A stretch of 64,000 nt of DNA from Acidimicrobiia bacterium. GTDB taxonomy: Bacteria > Actinomycetota > Acidimicrobiia > Spongiisociales > ZC4RG35. The position numbers and the translations under genes are program-made. Location: positions 22,242-86,241 of the forward strand of contig DATKCZ010000002.1 of NCBI GenBank assembly GCA_035512955.1. The letters run 5' to 3'. Of the stretch, positions 9,109 to 18,629 are shown piece by piece. Every line of letters starts with the position of its first letter. Within the stretch, counting starts at the first letter, position 1. The notes below the pieces were generated by a model. That model was not told the origin of the DNA. It saw only the letters and a program-made list of their open reading frames with translations, and ran no database searches.

Positions 9109-9333
9109 ATGTCATCGATCACCAAGACCATCAGATTGTCGGGCAAGGCCGGAGGCTCCATCGAGGACGCGATCCGGACCGTGCTCGCCCGGGCGGCGAG
9201 CACCATCTCGGACATCCATCACTTCGAGATCGTCGAGGTGGGTGGGGAAGTCGACTCTTCAGGTGCTCCCACGCTGTTCACAGTGACCCTCGACATCACT
9301 TTTGGCATCAAAGACCCCGTCGAGCACGGTTAG
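9109..9333 (+). CDS. Dodecin-family flavin-binding protein
   Basis: 74 aa. SITKTIRLSGKAGGSIEDAIRTVLARAASTISDIHHFEIVEVGG matches the dodecin size and sequence pattern. Confidence 0.7.
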   Translation: MSSITKTIRLSGKAGGSIEDAIRTVLARAASTISDIHHFEIVEVGGEVDSSGAPTLFTVTLDITFGIKDPVEHG

Positions 9334-9335
9334 CT

Positions 9336-9590
9336 TCAGCGCGACCTCTCCCGGGCCACGTTCACCTTGATCTGCCGGCCTCCGAAGTCGGAGCCGTCGA
9401 GTGCATCGATCGCCTTCTGAGCGTCCTCAGCGGAGTCCATCTCCACGAATCCGAACCCGCGGGAGCGACCGGTGTCGCGATCGGTGATCACCTGGGCACG
9501 GGAAACCGCGCCGTAGGGGGTGAAGAGCTCCTCCAGGTCTGGCGAGCTGGCTGTGAAGGGGAGATTCCCCACAAACAGGTTGGTCGACAT
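9336..9590 (-). CDS. RRM-type single-domain RNA-binding protein
   Basis: 84 aa with RNP2 (LFVGNL) and RNP1 (RGFGFVEM) motifs. SD GAAGGAG lies upstream of the ATG. Confidence 0.9.
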   Translation of the reverse strand: MSTNLFVGNLPFTASSPDLEELFTPYGAVSRAQVITDRDTGRSRGFGFVEMDSAEDAQKAIDALDGSDFGGRQIKVNVARERSR

Positions 9591-9851
9591 TCATGCTCCT
9601 TCATGAGCGGTCCCGCCAGATTCTTCGCACCAAGCGTTCCGCAACCAGCGGCCCGGAGACCACCGGTCACCTCATGCAGCGTCCGACGGGTAGGAGCAGC
9701 AAGCCAGGCGTGGCACCCATTTCTCGGGTCCCACGGGAAATAATAACGAATCATCGAGGTACAGACCCGCTGAAGTCGAGGAGGACCAACATCGGCCCCG
9801 GCCCTCGGGTTAGTGTGACGGGGCGTAACGCCTGTCCGTTAGGAGGATGAA

Positions 9852-10124
9852 ATGGGCGAAGTACTGAGCACCCTCGTATGGGGCCTGGTGGCCGGCATCG
9901 TGATCGGGCCCTTGGCTCGCCTGGTGCTCCCCGGCAAGCAGAACATCTCGTTGGTGATGACGATCGTCCTCGGTGCCGTCGGTGCCATCGTCGGTGGGTT
10001 CGTCTACGACGCCCTGGGTGGCCAGGACACCTCGGGAATCGACTGGATAAAGCTGCTGATCCAGGTCGCCGTGGCCGCAGCCGTCGTGCTCATATATGGT
10101 GGCATGAGGAAGTCGACTGCCTGA
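9852..10124 (+). CDS. GlsB/YeaQ/YmgE-family (transglycosylase-associated) small membrane protein
   Basis: 90 aa with Gly-rich TM helices (LVWGLVAGIVIGPLARLVLPG, VLGAVGAIVGGFVY). SD AGGAGG at about 9841. Confidence 0.75.
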   Translation: MGEVLSTLVWGLVAGIVIGPLARLVLPGKQNISLVMTIVLGAVGAIVGGFVYDALGGQDTSGIDWIKLLIQVAVAAAVVLIYGGMRKSTA

Positions 10125-10143
10125 CGGACCGAAGGGCTCGGCT

Positions 10144-10821
10144 TTGCTGGCGGCCCCTCCCGGGGCCGTCAGCCACGTTCGGCAGCCGATCCCGATGAGC
10201 GAGACCACGCCCAGGGCCTTGCGTCTCGCGCTGGCCTCGCTCCTCACCGTGGCCCTGCTCGCCCAGCTCGCCGTCGGGATGAGCCGACACGACCTGACCG
10301 TTGCGCAATTCCTCAGCCTCTTCCCGGTCCTCAGCAACCTCGCCGCGGTGGTTCTGCTGGTGAGGCTGGCCTGGCAGCCCGCCAAGGTGTGGGGGGCCGG
10401 CTTCAACATGTTCAGGGGGGCGGTGACGGTCAACATGGCTATCACCGGGCTCAGCTATCCGCTGGCCTTTGCCCCGGATGCGATGCCCGCCGGTCGCAGC
10501 GAGCCCTGGGTGGACTGGTGTCTCCTCCTCATTGGGCCGCTCGCAGTGGCGCTCGATTGGGTCTTGCACCCTCCCTCCTCTGCTCTATCCGCTCGCGCCG
10601 TGGCCATCTGGGCGGTGATCCCTGCGGTCTATCTCGTCTACAGCCTGACCAGAGGCGAGATGGTCGGCTGGTACCCTTACCAATTCCTCGATCCGGCCCG
10701 CTCCGACTATGGCGCCATTGGGGTCTGGTCCGCTGTCGTGCTGACCGTCGCCCTCGGTCTTGGCCAGCTCGCCCGCTGGTGGGCAAACCGCGCCGCATCG
10801 GCCGCCACCACCACGAGATGA
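10144..10821 (+). CDS. Polytopic integral membrane protein, function unknown
   Basis: Five to six hydrophobic helices and no motif I recognise. TTG 10144 or ATG 10195 could be the start. The stop overlaps the next start (ATGA at 10818-10821). Confidence 0.55.
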   Translation: MLAAPPGAVSHVRQPIPMSETTPRALRLALASLLTVALLAQLAVGMSRHDLTVAQFLSLFPVLSNLAAVVLLVRLAWQPAKVWGAGFNMFRGAVTVNMAITGLSYPLAFAPDAMPAGRSEPWVDWCLLLIGPLAVALDWVLHPPSSALSARAVAIWAVIPAVYLVYSLTRGEMVGWYPYQFLDPARSDYGAIGVWSAVVLTVALGLGQLARWWANRAASAATTTR

Positions 10822-11792
10822 GTGTTCCGGGGCCCCAGACACTGGGGAACGGGATCCACTTGATACCCCTCCCCCTCCCTTTCAAGTCACCGGCGTGGGT
10901 CAACACCTATGCCATCGAGTCCGACGAGGGGCTGCTCCTCATCGACTGCGGGACCGACTGGGAGCCCGGACGGCAGGCACTGAGCGAGGGACTCGACATC
11001 CTCGGGCTCGAGGAGTCGGCCATACACACCCTCCTCGTGTCCCACCTCCACCCGGATCACGTGGGGATGTCAGCACGGGTGGTGGGCGACCTGGGGTGCC
11101 GATTCGTCATGCATGAGAGGGCAGCCCGGGATGTCGGCTTCTACAACGACACCCCCGGATACGTCGAGCGGCTCCGCATGATCGCGAGCACCCATGGGGT
11201 GCCCCGCGAGGTGATCGACGCCGCGGCCAACATCCAGCGACCCGACTACATGCCGATCATCGAGCCCCCCGACCATGTGGTGGCGGATGGCGACGAGATA
11301 CCATTGGACGGCGGCAGATCGCTGCTGGTGGTGCACACCCCCGGCCACGACCCGGCGCACATCTGTCTGCGGGACAGTCGAACCGGCATCTTCTTCTCCG
11401 GTGATCACGTGCTCCCCCGAATCTCACCGGTGATCATGTACGACCTCGACATCGGTGACCCCCTCGGCGACTATCTCCAATCTCTCGACAGGCTGATCGG
11501 CATGGGGCTCGGAGTGACCTACCCGGCTCACGGCACTCTCATCGACCGGGGCGATGAGCGTGCCCACCAGATCCTGCTACACCACGACCGTCGTCTCCGC
11601 GACATGGCCGACCTGGTGAGGGAGGGGGACACCACGGCGTGGACGGTGATGACCAGGTCGTTCCGTCCCAACCTCGACCCGGTGAGTGCTCGTTTGGCCT
11701 TCCTGGAGACGGTCTCCCACCTGGAGCATCTCAGAATTGCCGGGAAGATCCGTCTCCAGGATCGGGACGGAAGGGCGCTGTATCGCGTCTGA
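10818..11792 (+). CDS. MBL-fold metallo-hydrolase
   Basis: HLHPDHVG (HxHxDH) motif and LLVVHTPGHDPAH. The start is taken at ATG 10818 (MSVPGPQ...). The track ORF 10389.. extends upstream over the previous gene. Confidence 0.85.
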   Translation: MSVPGPQTLGNGIHLIPLPLPFKSPAWVNTYAIESDEGLLLIDCGTDWEPGRQALSEGLDILGLEESAIHTLLVSHLHPDHVGMSARVVGDLGCRFVMHERAARDVGFYNDTPGYVERLRMIASTHGVPREVIDAAANIQRPDYMPIIEPPDHVVADGDEIPLDGGRSLLVVHTPGHDPAHICLRDSRTGIFFSGDHVLPRISPVIMYDLDIGDPLGDYLQSLDRLIGMGLGVTYPAHGTLIDRGDERAHQILLHHDRRLRDMADLVREGDTTAWTVMTRSFRPNLDPVSARLAFLETVSHLEHLRIAGKIRLQDRDGRALYRV

Positions 11793-11870
11793 GGGTTGGC
11801 ATGTGACCGGGCTTGGACGAATATGGGGGGCGTAGCGGTCGAACGCTCAGCCCTGGGAAGGAACTATCTG

Positions 11871-12047
11871 ATGATTTTTGGATACTTGGACGCCGGATCG
11901 GGAAGTCTGATCCTGCAGGCCATCCTCGGTGGGGCCGCCGGGATATTGGTCGCCTTCAAGGCCTGGAGGGCCCGTCTCATGGGCAAGAGGGCAGCGTCGG
12001 ACACCGGGGCCGAGACCGAAGAGCCTGCCGTCACCACCGAGTCCTGA
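11871..12047 (+). CDS. Small single-TM protein (58 aa), function unknown
   Basis: MIFGYLDAGSGSLILQAILGGAAGILVAF followed by a charged tail. GGAAGGA lies 8 nt upstream of ATG 11871. The track ORF opens at 11796. Confidence 0.5.
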   Translation: MIFGYLDAGSGSLILQAILGGAAGILVAFKAWRARLMGKRAASDTGAETEEPAVTTES

Positions 12048-12054
12048 CCCGCTC

Positions 12055-13410
12055 GTGCATCAGGTCGATCCGGGGTCATTCCGCGACCCCGCGTCACATG
12101 TCGTGTTCGACGATGGCCGAGTCCTCAGACTGCTCGACCGGCGCGGGCTGGAAGGATGGAAGGCCCTCTCCTCCACCGACTTCTTCGCGCGAGCCACCGG
12201 CGACGGCCGTCTCATCGGCGCCGAGGTCGTCGAGTACGACGCTCCTGACAGTGTCGCTGCTCTGGAGCATCCCCGCATCCCATTCGTCTCCTATCCCTTC
12301 GAGTGGACCTTTTCGATGCTCAAAGACGCTGCCCTGCTCCAGTTGGATCTCCTCGCCGAGGCTCTCGCCGAGGGGCTCGCCATCAAGGACGCCACCCCTT
12401 ACAACATCCAGTTCATCGATGGCAAGCCGGTGTTCATCGATGTGGGCTCATTCGAGCAATACGCGCCGGGCGAGCCCTGGATCGGCTATCGCCAGTTCAC
12501 CCGTCAGTTCCTGTTCCCCCTGATGCTGCGGGCCCGCGCCGGGATCCCCTTCCAACCCTGGCTGAGGGGCAACCCCGAGGGGCCCACGGCGAGCGAGATG
12601 CGCAGCGTGCTCGGGCTCTGGCAGCGCCTCCGCCCGTCGTCGATGATGCACGTGTCGCTACAGGCGAGGATGGAGGACCGCATGTCGGGAGCCTCTGTCC
12701 GGGATGAGCTGAGGAATGCCGGGTTCAGCGCCGACCTGATCCTCGCCAATGTGCGCCGGCTGCAGAAGCTGGTGAGCGATCTGGAGTGGAGCGGTGGCGC
12801 GGAGGGGTGGATCGAATACGAGTCGTGCCGGCACGTCGGTCGGGACCGTGACACCAAGGGAAAGTTCCTCGAGCGCGCCCTCGGGGCCCACCAGCCCGGA
12901 CGGGTCATCGACCTCGGCGCCAATGACGGCCATTTCACCAGAATCGCCGCCGAATCGGGGACCCAGGCCATCGCCGTCGACGGCGACGAGACGGTGCTCG
13001 ACTCGCTGTACCGGAGCGGCAGCCATCTGTCGATCGTGCTCACCGACCTGACCAACCCCTCACCGTCCCAGGGTTGGGCCGGCGGGGAGCGGCCCGGTCT
13101 CATCGAGCGGGCGGATCCCGACATGGTCATCGCCTACGGGGTCATCCACCATCTCGTCTACACCGCCAGCATCCCGCCGACGATCGTCGTCGAATGGCTG
13201 GCGGGCATGCGCTGTCCGGTGGTTCTCGAGTTCGTCTCCCCGGAGGACGAGATGATCGCCAAGCTCACCGCCAACAAGATCGAGTCAGAGCTGCACGATG
13301 GCCGGACGAGGAGTGAGTTCGAGGCGATCCTCGGCCGGCGCTTCGACCCGGTCGAGACCGAGACGCTGGGCACCGGGACCAGGGTGCTCTACAACCTCCG
13401 CCCCCGCTAA
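12055..13410 (+). CDS. Two-domain protein: N-terminal domain of unknown function plus C-terminal class I SAM-dependent methyltransferase
   Basis: C-terminal motif I VIDLGANDGHF and AVDGDE. The N-terminal domain carries FRDPASHVV and IKDATPYNIQFIDGKPVFIDVGSFE. GTG 12055 is in frame, and the track ORF opens at 11929. Confidence 0.7.
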   Translation: MHQVDPGSFRDPASHVVFDDGRVLRLLDRRGLEGWKALSSTDFFARATGDGRLIGAEVVEYDAPDSVAALEHPRIPFVSYPFEWTFSMLKDAALLQLDLLAEALAEGLAIKDATPYNIQFIDGKPVFIDVGSFEQYAPGEPWIGYRQFTRQFLFPLMLRARAGIPFQPWLRGNPEGPTASEMRSVLGLWQRLRPSSMMHVSLQARMEDRMSGASVRDELRNAGFSADLILANVRRLQKLVSDLEWSGGAEGWIEYESCRHVGRDRDTKGKFLERALGAHQPGRVIDLGANDGHFTRIAAESGTQAIAVDGDETVLDSLYRSGSHLSIVLTDLTNPSPSQGWAGGERPGLIERADPDMVIAYGVIHHLVYTASIPPTIVVEWLAGMRCPVVLEFVSPEDEMIAKLTANKIESELHDGRTRSEFEAILGRRFDPVETETLGTGTRVLYNLRPR

Positions 13411-15863
13411 CGGCCCAGGGTCGCCGGATCGGCCACGGCAACGTCTCCAAACTCGGCGACCACCAGCAGTCGATCGGCCTCGGGAGGCACGGCATTGCCC
13501 TCCACCTCGAAGCGGAAACCGGATCGCAGCAGGTCCTCGCTGTCGAACCACCGCACCACGTTGCCGTTATCGGCGTTGGGAGGGCCCGATGCCAGTAGCC
13601 GATCACCGACGAAGACGTAGAAGGTGTCCGGTGTCAGTTTCTGGCTGACATCCGCGGCCCAACCACTCAGCTCCCATCCGTTGTCGGTGGGGACCACCGA
13701 GTCGACCTGGATCCTCCTGCTCCCCTCCACGCCGAGCTCGATGACATGACCATCCTCGGCGACGAGCTCGAGGGAGACGTCATCGTTGACCCCTGCCAGC
13801 CAGGCGCCGTTCCCGTCAGGGATGAGGATGTCGACGTCGTTGACGCCGTCACGCACCAGCTCCTCGGCGACGAGGCCGGTGATCGTCCCTCCGGTGGCGG
13901 TGTCGCGGGCGAGATAGGCGACCCCCGCAACGACATCGTTGATGACGATGAGGATCTCGTCGGAATCGGAGATCGACGATGCCTCGAGACGTCCGGTCAG
14001 CAAGGTCTGGACCATCCCGGATTCGCGGTCGACCTTGTCGAGATCGGCCCCGAGATCGAGTGACCACATGAACTCCTCGTCCGGGACGATGTCGAGCTCA
14101 GTCGTCGCGGTACCCACCAGCGAGCCACGGGGCCCGATTCCGGCCACACCCACCCACGAGCCCTGATCGGGGACCCACTGATGATTCCGCTCGACCTGGG
14201 CAAACAAGCCGACGAGATCGGTGCTCACTCCCGTGCCGTTGCAGCACCACCGACGCGGCTCGTGGGGACGCTCCTCGTCGAGGCCCAGAAGTGACACTCC
14301 GTCGAACGACCAGGCGGTCTCGACCCCGAGCACGTCGACGATGGTCGGCAAGAGGTCGATCCCGAATGCGGGCAGGTCCACGGTCTCACCCTCCGCCTGT
14401 CCCGGGTACTTGACGAACAACGGTACCCGGTAGAGATCATCCCGGTTGTCCTCATATGGCCATCGACGGTGCTCGCCCGGAACGAAGGAGGCCCCGTGAT
14501 CCGCCACCACGATGAACATCGTCTCGTCCCAGGTCCCGGTGTCGACCAGGTGGTCGAGCATCCGACCCAGCAACGTGTCGAGGAACCCCACCTGATATAG
14601 GTGACGTTGAAAGCCGACCAGGGCGGGCTCGGGTCTCGTGCCCCAGCGTCCGTCCCCCTCCACCCCATCGACCTCGGTGTACTCCTCGGGGCGCTCGTAG
14701 TGGGTGCCGGAGGGATTGGTCACCCAGGGGACGTGTGGCGCTTTCAGGTGGGCGTAGCTCAGCGTCGGGGCGGTGTCATCGTCGATCCCGTTGATCAGCC
14801 GCTGCACCCAGTTGATCCAGTCCTCACGCTCCCCGTCCCCGGGCACCGGCAGCCCCTCGACCTCCACGGCGGTGCCCGCCGGGGTGTCCTCCTGGCCCAG
14901 GAACCCCTTCCAGGCGTTGTCGATGCTCGGCAGTCTCTCTCTCACCGTGCCCGGCAAGGTGAGATGCCCGTAAACGACGCCGAGGTCCTTGACCAAGTTG
15001 CTGAATCGCGCCGGTGCCCGGCCCGCGTAATCGGGACAGGTCTCCTCGGGGCACAACTCCGCCACCCATTCGATGACATGCATCTCATAGGTGTCGGCGA
15101 GCAGAGTGAACAGATTGTCGGGGTGATCCACGAAAGAGGGGCCTTGCCCCTCCTCCCCCCTCAGGCCGGTGAGGATTGCCGGCACGCTCTGAGTCGTGGC
15201 GATCGAATCGGAGAGGGCGTTGCGGTACCAGGTCCCTTCGGCGGCGAGACGGGCGAAATTGGGGAACAGCGATTCGTTGATCGACCCGTCGGTGTTCATG
15301 ATCGACGCGAGTGGCATCTCATCGAGCTGGAGCATCACGATGTGGTGGGGTGCTTCGACCGTGAAGCCACCTTCGACGACTTCGGGCTCTTCCCAGATCA
15401 GCCGGGCGCTCGCCGAGCTGGCGAGGAACATCACCAACAAGACCGGCACGGCAATGGCGGCAAAGACGAATACCAGATCGATGGCCCACATCAGCCAGAA
15501 CACCAGCCCCCCGATGACCACCGCGGCGACCAGCGCCCCCATTGTGTTGTCGGGCAGGGCCTGACGGCTCACCACGAAGCCGGTCGCCAGGGCGAGAAAG
15601 CCCACCAGGACGGTGTAGACGAGGTCGGGGGCCCGACCCCCGACTGCCCCGGCGATGGCGAGCGCACCCCATGACAGTGCCGGGACCGACAGCGCCACGA
15701 CCAAGGCAAATGCCGCGATCTCGACCTCGCTTGCCCGGTTGGCCACGAACACCTCGGGGTTCTTCCCGTAGAGATCGAGCAGGGGCGCGACGAACGCCAC
15801 GGCGCTCAAGCCGCCGACGACGGCGAGTCGTCTCGGCAAGCCGGTCGGAGAAACGGGTCCCAC
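13407..15863 (-). CDS. Membrane-anchored sulfatase-superfamily transferase (LtaS/OpgB/EptA-like)
   Basis: Multi-TM N-terminus. MLQLDEMPL (metal site), SIATTQSVPAILTG (Thr nucleophile region) and FIVVADHGASF. About 270 aa of C-terminal extension are unassigned. Confidence 0.75.
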   Translation of the reverse strand: MGPVSPTGLPRRLAVVGGLSAVAFVAPLLDLYGKNPEVFVANRASEVEIAAFALVVALSVPALSWGALAIAGAVGGRAPDLVYTVLVGFLALATGFVVSRQALPDNTMGALVAAVVIGGLVFWLMWAIDLVFVFAAIAVPVLLVMFLASSASARLIWEEPEVVEGGFTVEAPHHIVMLQLDEMPLASIMNTDGSINESLFPNFARLAAEGTWYRNALSDSIATTQSVPAILTGLRGEEGQGPSFVDHPDNLFTLLADTYEMHVIEWVAELCPEETCPDYAGRAPARFSNLVKDLGVVYGHLTLPGTVRERLPSIDNAWKGFLGQEDTPAGTAVEVEGLPVPGDGEREDWINWVQRLINGIDDDTAPTLSYAHLKAPHVPWVTNPSGTHYERPEEYTEVDGVEGDGRWGTRPEPALVGFQRHLYQVGFLDTLLGRMLDHLVDTGTWDETMFIVVADHGASFVPGEHRRWPYEDNRDDLYRVPLFVKYPGQAEGETVDLPAFGIDLLPTIVDVLGVETAWSFDGVSLLGLDEERPHEPRRWCCNGTGVSTDLVGLFAQVERNHQWVPDQGSWVGVAGIGPRGSLVGTATTELDIVPDEEFMWSLDLGADLDKVDRESGMVQTLLTGRLEASSISDSDEILIVINDVVAGVAYLARDTATGGTITGLVAEELVRDGVNDVDILIPDGNGAWLAGVNDDVSLELVAEDGHVIELGVEGSRRIQVDSVVPTDNGWELSGWAADVSQKLTPDTFYVFVGDRLLASGPPNADNGNVVRWFDSEDLLRSGFRFEVEGNAVPPEADRLLVVAEFGDVAVADPATLGR

Positions 15864-15951
15864 GAGACCAAAAGGTACCGTTCATCGTCCCCAATCAGAC
15901 ACATCCCGGGTCGTGCTTAACTTGGCCCGGGGCGAGTCGCCGGGAACCGAT

Positions 15952-15967
15952 CGCTCAGTGCTGAGCG
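15952..15967 (+). promoter_or_regulatory. Perfect palindrome CGCTCAG-TG-CTGAGCG upstream of the MoxR-module operon (candidate operator)
   Basis: 7+7 nt perfect inverted repeat located 26 nt upstream of TTG 15993 and just 5' of SD GAGGAG (15979-15984). Confidence 0.3.
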
Positions 15968-15992
15968 TCTTACCTCCCGAGGAGATGTCACT

Positions 15993-17606
15993 TTGACCGA
16001 GCAACGATCAGGTTTCCTCAGACGCATACGCGGGAGGATGCGTCTCGCCTGGCTCGTCGCCACCGCGCAGCGATATGCGCCTCATCTCGGGTTGGCCATG
16101 GCACTCGCAGTCGCCGCCGACTGGTTGACTCCCTTCGATCAGGGATGGGCCCTCGCTGGCGCGCTGGCGGCGGTGTTCCTGTTGGGGTCGGCGGTCCGGG
16201 CATCGACATTCCGCATCACCGAGTGGGATGCGTCTCGCGCTGCGGAGCGGGGTCTCGGCGCCCGGGATGTCTTCACCACGGCACTGGAGTTCGCCAACCC
16301 TGACGAAGGGGTGCACCGGCTCATCCAGCATCGAGCGGACAGCATCGCCGCCGCCTCGGATGCCGCCCATGCGATTCCCATCGCCCCCGACCGTCGAAGA
16401 CTCCGCCAGTTCGGGATGGCGGGGGCGCTTACCCTGTTGATCGGCCTGCTCCCCCCACTCGGATCCACCCCGGCGCTCTCCTCGGACCTCGAGTCCGCCC
16501 TCGAGGCCGAGGCCGAACAGATCGAGAAGATCGCCGAGGCCGTGGAAGAGGCCGAGGTGGAGACGTCCGAGGAGATCGTCACCGAGCTCGAACGTCTCGC
16601 CGAGGAGCTGCGGCAGGCCGAGACCCTCGAAGAGGCGCTGCAGTCTCTCGAGGACTCCGAGAAGCGGCTGGGAAGCCGGATCGACCCGGATTTTCTGTCC
16701 CAGAAGGCCGCGGTGCAGGGGCTGGCGCGCGATCTCAGCCTGCGTCCCCTCGTCGATGGCGCCCCGCTCGACGCCGCCTCCCAGTTCGATGAGCTCGCCG
16801 AGAGCCTCGAGTCTCTCTCCGAGCCCGAGCTCGCCGCCCTCGAGGACCGGTTGACCGACCTGGCCGGCTCCCAGGCATCCGGCAACCCCGCTCTCGCCAG
16901 CCGGCTCTCCGACGCGGCACGGTCCCTGGCGTCGGGTGACCTGCGCTCCGCGGCCCAGTCGCTGACCGAGGCCGGGGTGGGTCAGCAGTCGGGTCTCGAC
17001 GACGCCCGGGGCCAACAGGCCCTCGGCGAGACACAGCGTGCCGTCGAAGGGGCGCGGGCCCGCCTGAGCGGCGCCGCCCAGGGACAGGGCCAGGGTGAAG
17101 GTGACGGCCAGGGTGAAGGTGACGGTCAGGGTCAGGGGGACGGTGAAGGGCAGGGGCAGGGGCAGGGACAAGGGCAAGGGCAAGGACAGGGACAAGGACA
17201 AGGGACCGGGGGCCAACCGCAGAGCGGTGGCGCCAGCGGCCAGATCGGCGGTGTCGCCCCCGGTGACGGCAATGCCGCAGGACTGGGCGGTCAGGGCACC
17301 GTCTCTGGCAACCGCGGTGAAGACCATGGCACCGAGGTGCAGACCGCCAACGTCTACGACCCGATCGACGAGGGAAGCGTCTCAGACCTGGTCCAGGTAG
17401 GGATCGATGGCGGTTCCGGAGACGGGGACATCCTGGGCCGGGCCGAGGCACCCACCGCGCGCGGCGAGTCGGTGGTGCCCTACGCACAGGTCCTTCCCGA
17501 GTATCTCAACCAGGCGGCCGACGCCCTGGGCCAGCTCCAGCTTCCGCCGTCGATGCGTGACATCGTCCAGTCCTACTTCGACCTGCTCGCGGCCGAGGCC
17601 CGATAG
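15993..17606 (+). CDS. Membrane-anchored coiled-coil protein with (X-Gly)21 low-complexity block; first gene of the MoxR/DUF58/VWA module
   Basis: TTG start with SD. Three hydrophobic segments at the N-terminus, a long acidic Leu/Glu/Ala heptad-like region, a GQGQGEGDGQ... block, and a conserved-looking C-terminus VPYAQVLPEYLNQ...LPPSMRDIVQSYFDLL. Confidence 0.65.
   Translation: MTEQRSGFLRRIRGRMRLAWLVATAQRYAPHLGLAMALAVAADWLTPFDQGWALAGALAAVFLLGSAVRASTFRITEWDASRAAERGLGARDVFTTALEFANPDEGVHRLIQHRADSIAAASDAAHAIPIAPDRRRLRQFGMAGALTLLIGLLPPLGSTPALSSDLESALEAEAEQIEKIAEAVEEAEVETSEEIVTELERLAEELRQAETLEEALQSLEDSEKRLGSRIDPDFLSQKAAVQGLARDLSLRPLVDGAPLDAASQFDELAESLESLSEPELAALEDRLTDLAGSQASGNPALASRLSDAARSLASGDLRSAAQSLTEAGVGQQSGLDDARGQQALGETQRAVEGARARLSGAAQGQGQGEGDGQGEGDGQGQGDGEGQGQGQGQGQGQGQGQGQGTGGQPQSGGASGQIGGVAPGDGNAAGLGGQGTVSGNRGEDHGTEVQTANVYDPIDEGSVSDLVQVGIDGGSGDGDILGRAEAPTARGESVVPYAQVLPEYLNQAADALGQLQLPPSMRDIVQSYFDLLAAEAR
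17079..17204 (+). repeat. In-frame hexanucleotide (CAR/GAN-GGN) tandem repeat encoding (Q/E/D-G)x21
   Basis: 42 consecutive codons alternate CAG/CAA/GAA/GAC with GGN. The block includes two identical 18-nt units GGCCAGGGTGAAGGTGAC. Confidence 0.9.
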
Positions 17607-17612
17607 GAGGAA

Positions 17613-18625
<1,013 letters not shown>

Positions 18626-18629
<4 letters not shown>

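Noticed and set aside
9593-9850. 85-aa basic ORF filling the 261-nt gap between the RRM and glsB genes
   Set aside because: It is Arg/Pro/Thr-rich with no SD or motif, and it coincides with the predicted leader/promoter region of two divergent genes.
10389-10817. N-terminal ORF extensions preceding the real starts of the MBL hydrolase. The same pattern occurs at 29883-30083, 30161-30556, 36072-30 (that is, 36072-36230), 36791-37201 and 39478-39750.
   Set aside because: The extensions overlap the preceding gene in another frame and are low-complexity. Recognisable homology starts at internal start codons that give short gaps or 4-8-nt overlaps.
17079-17204. Regularly spaced short repeats that might suggest a CRISPR-like or other non-coding array
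   Set aside because: The period is 6 nt with no spacers, and the block is in frame within a long ORF. It is a coding dipeptide microsatellite, not an array.
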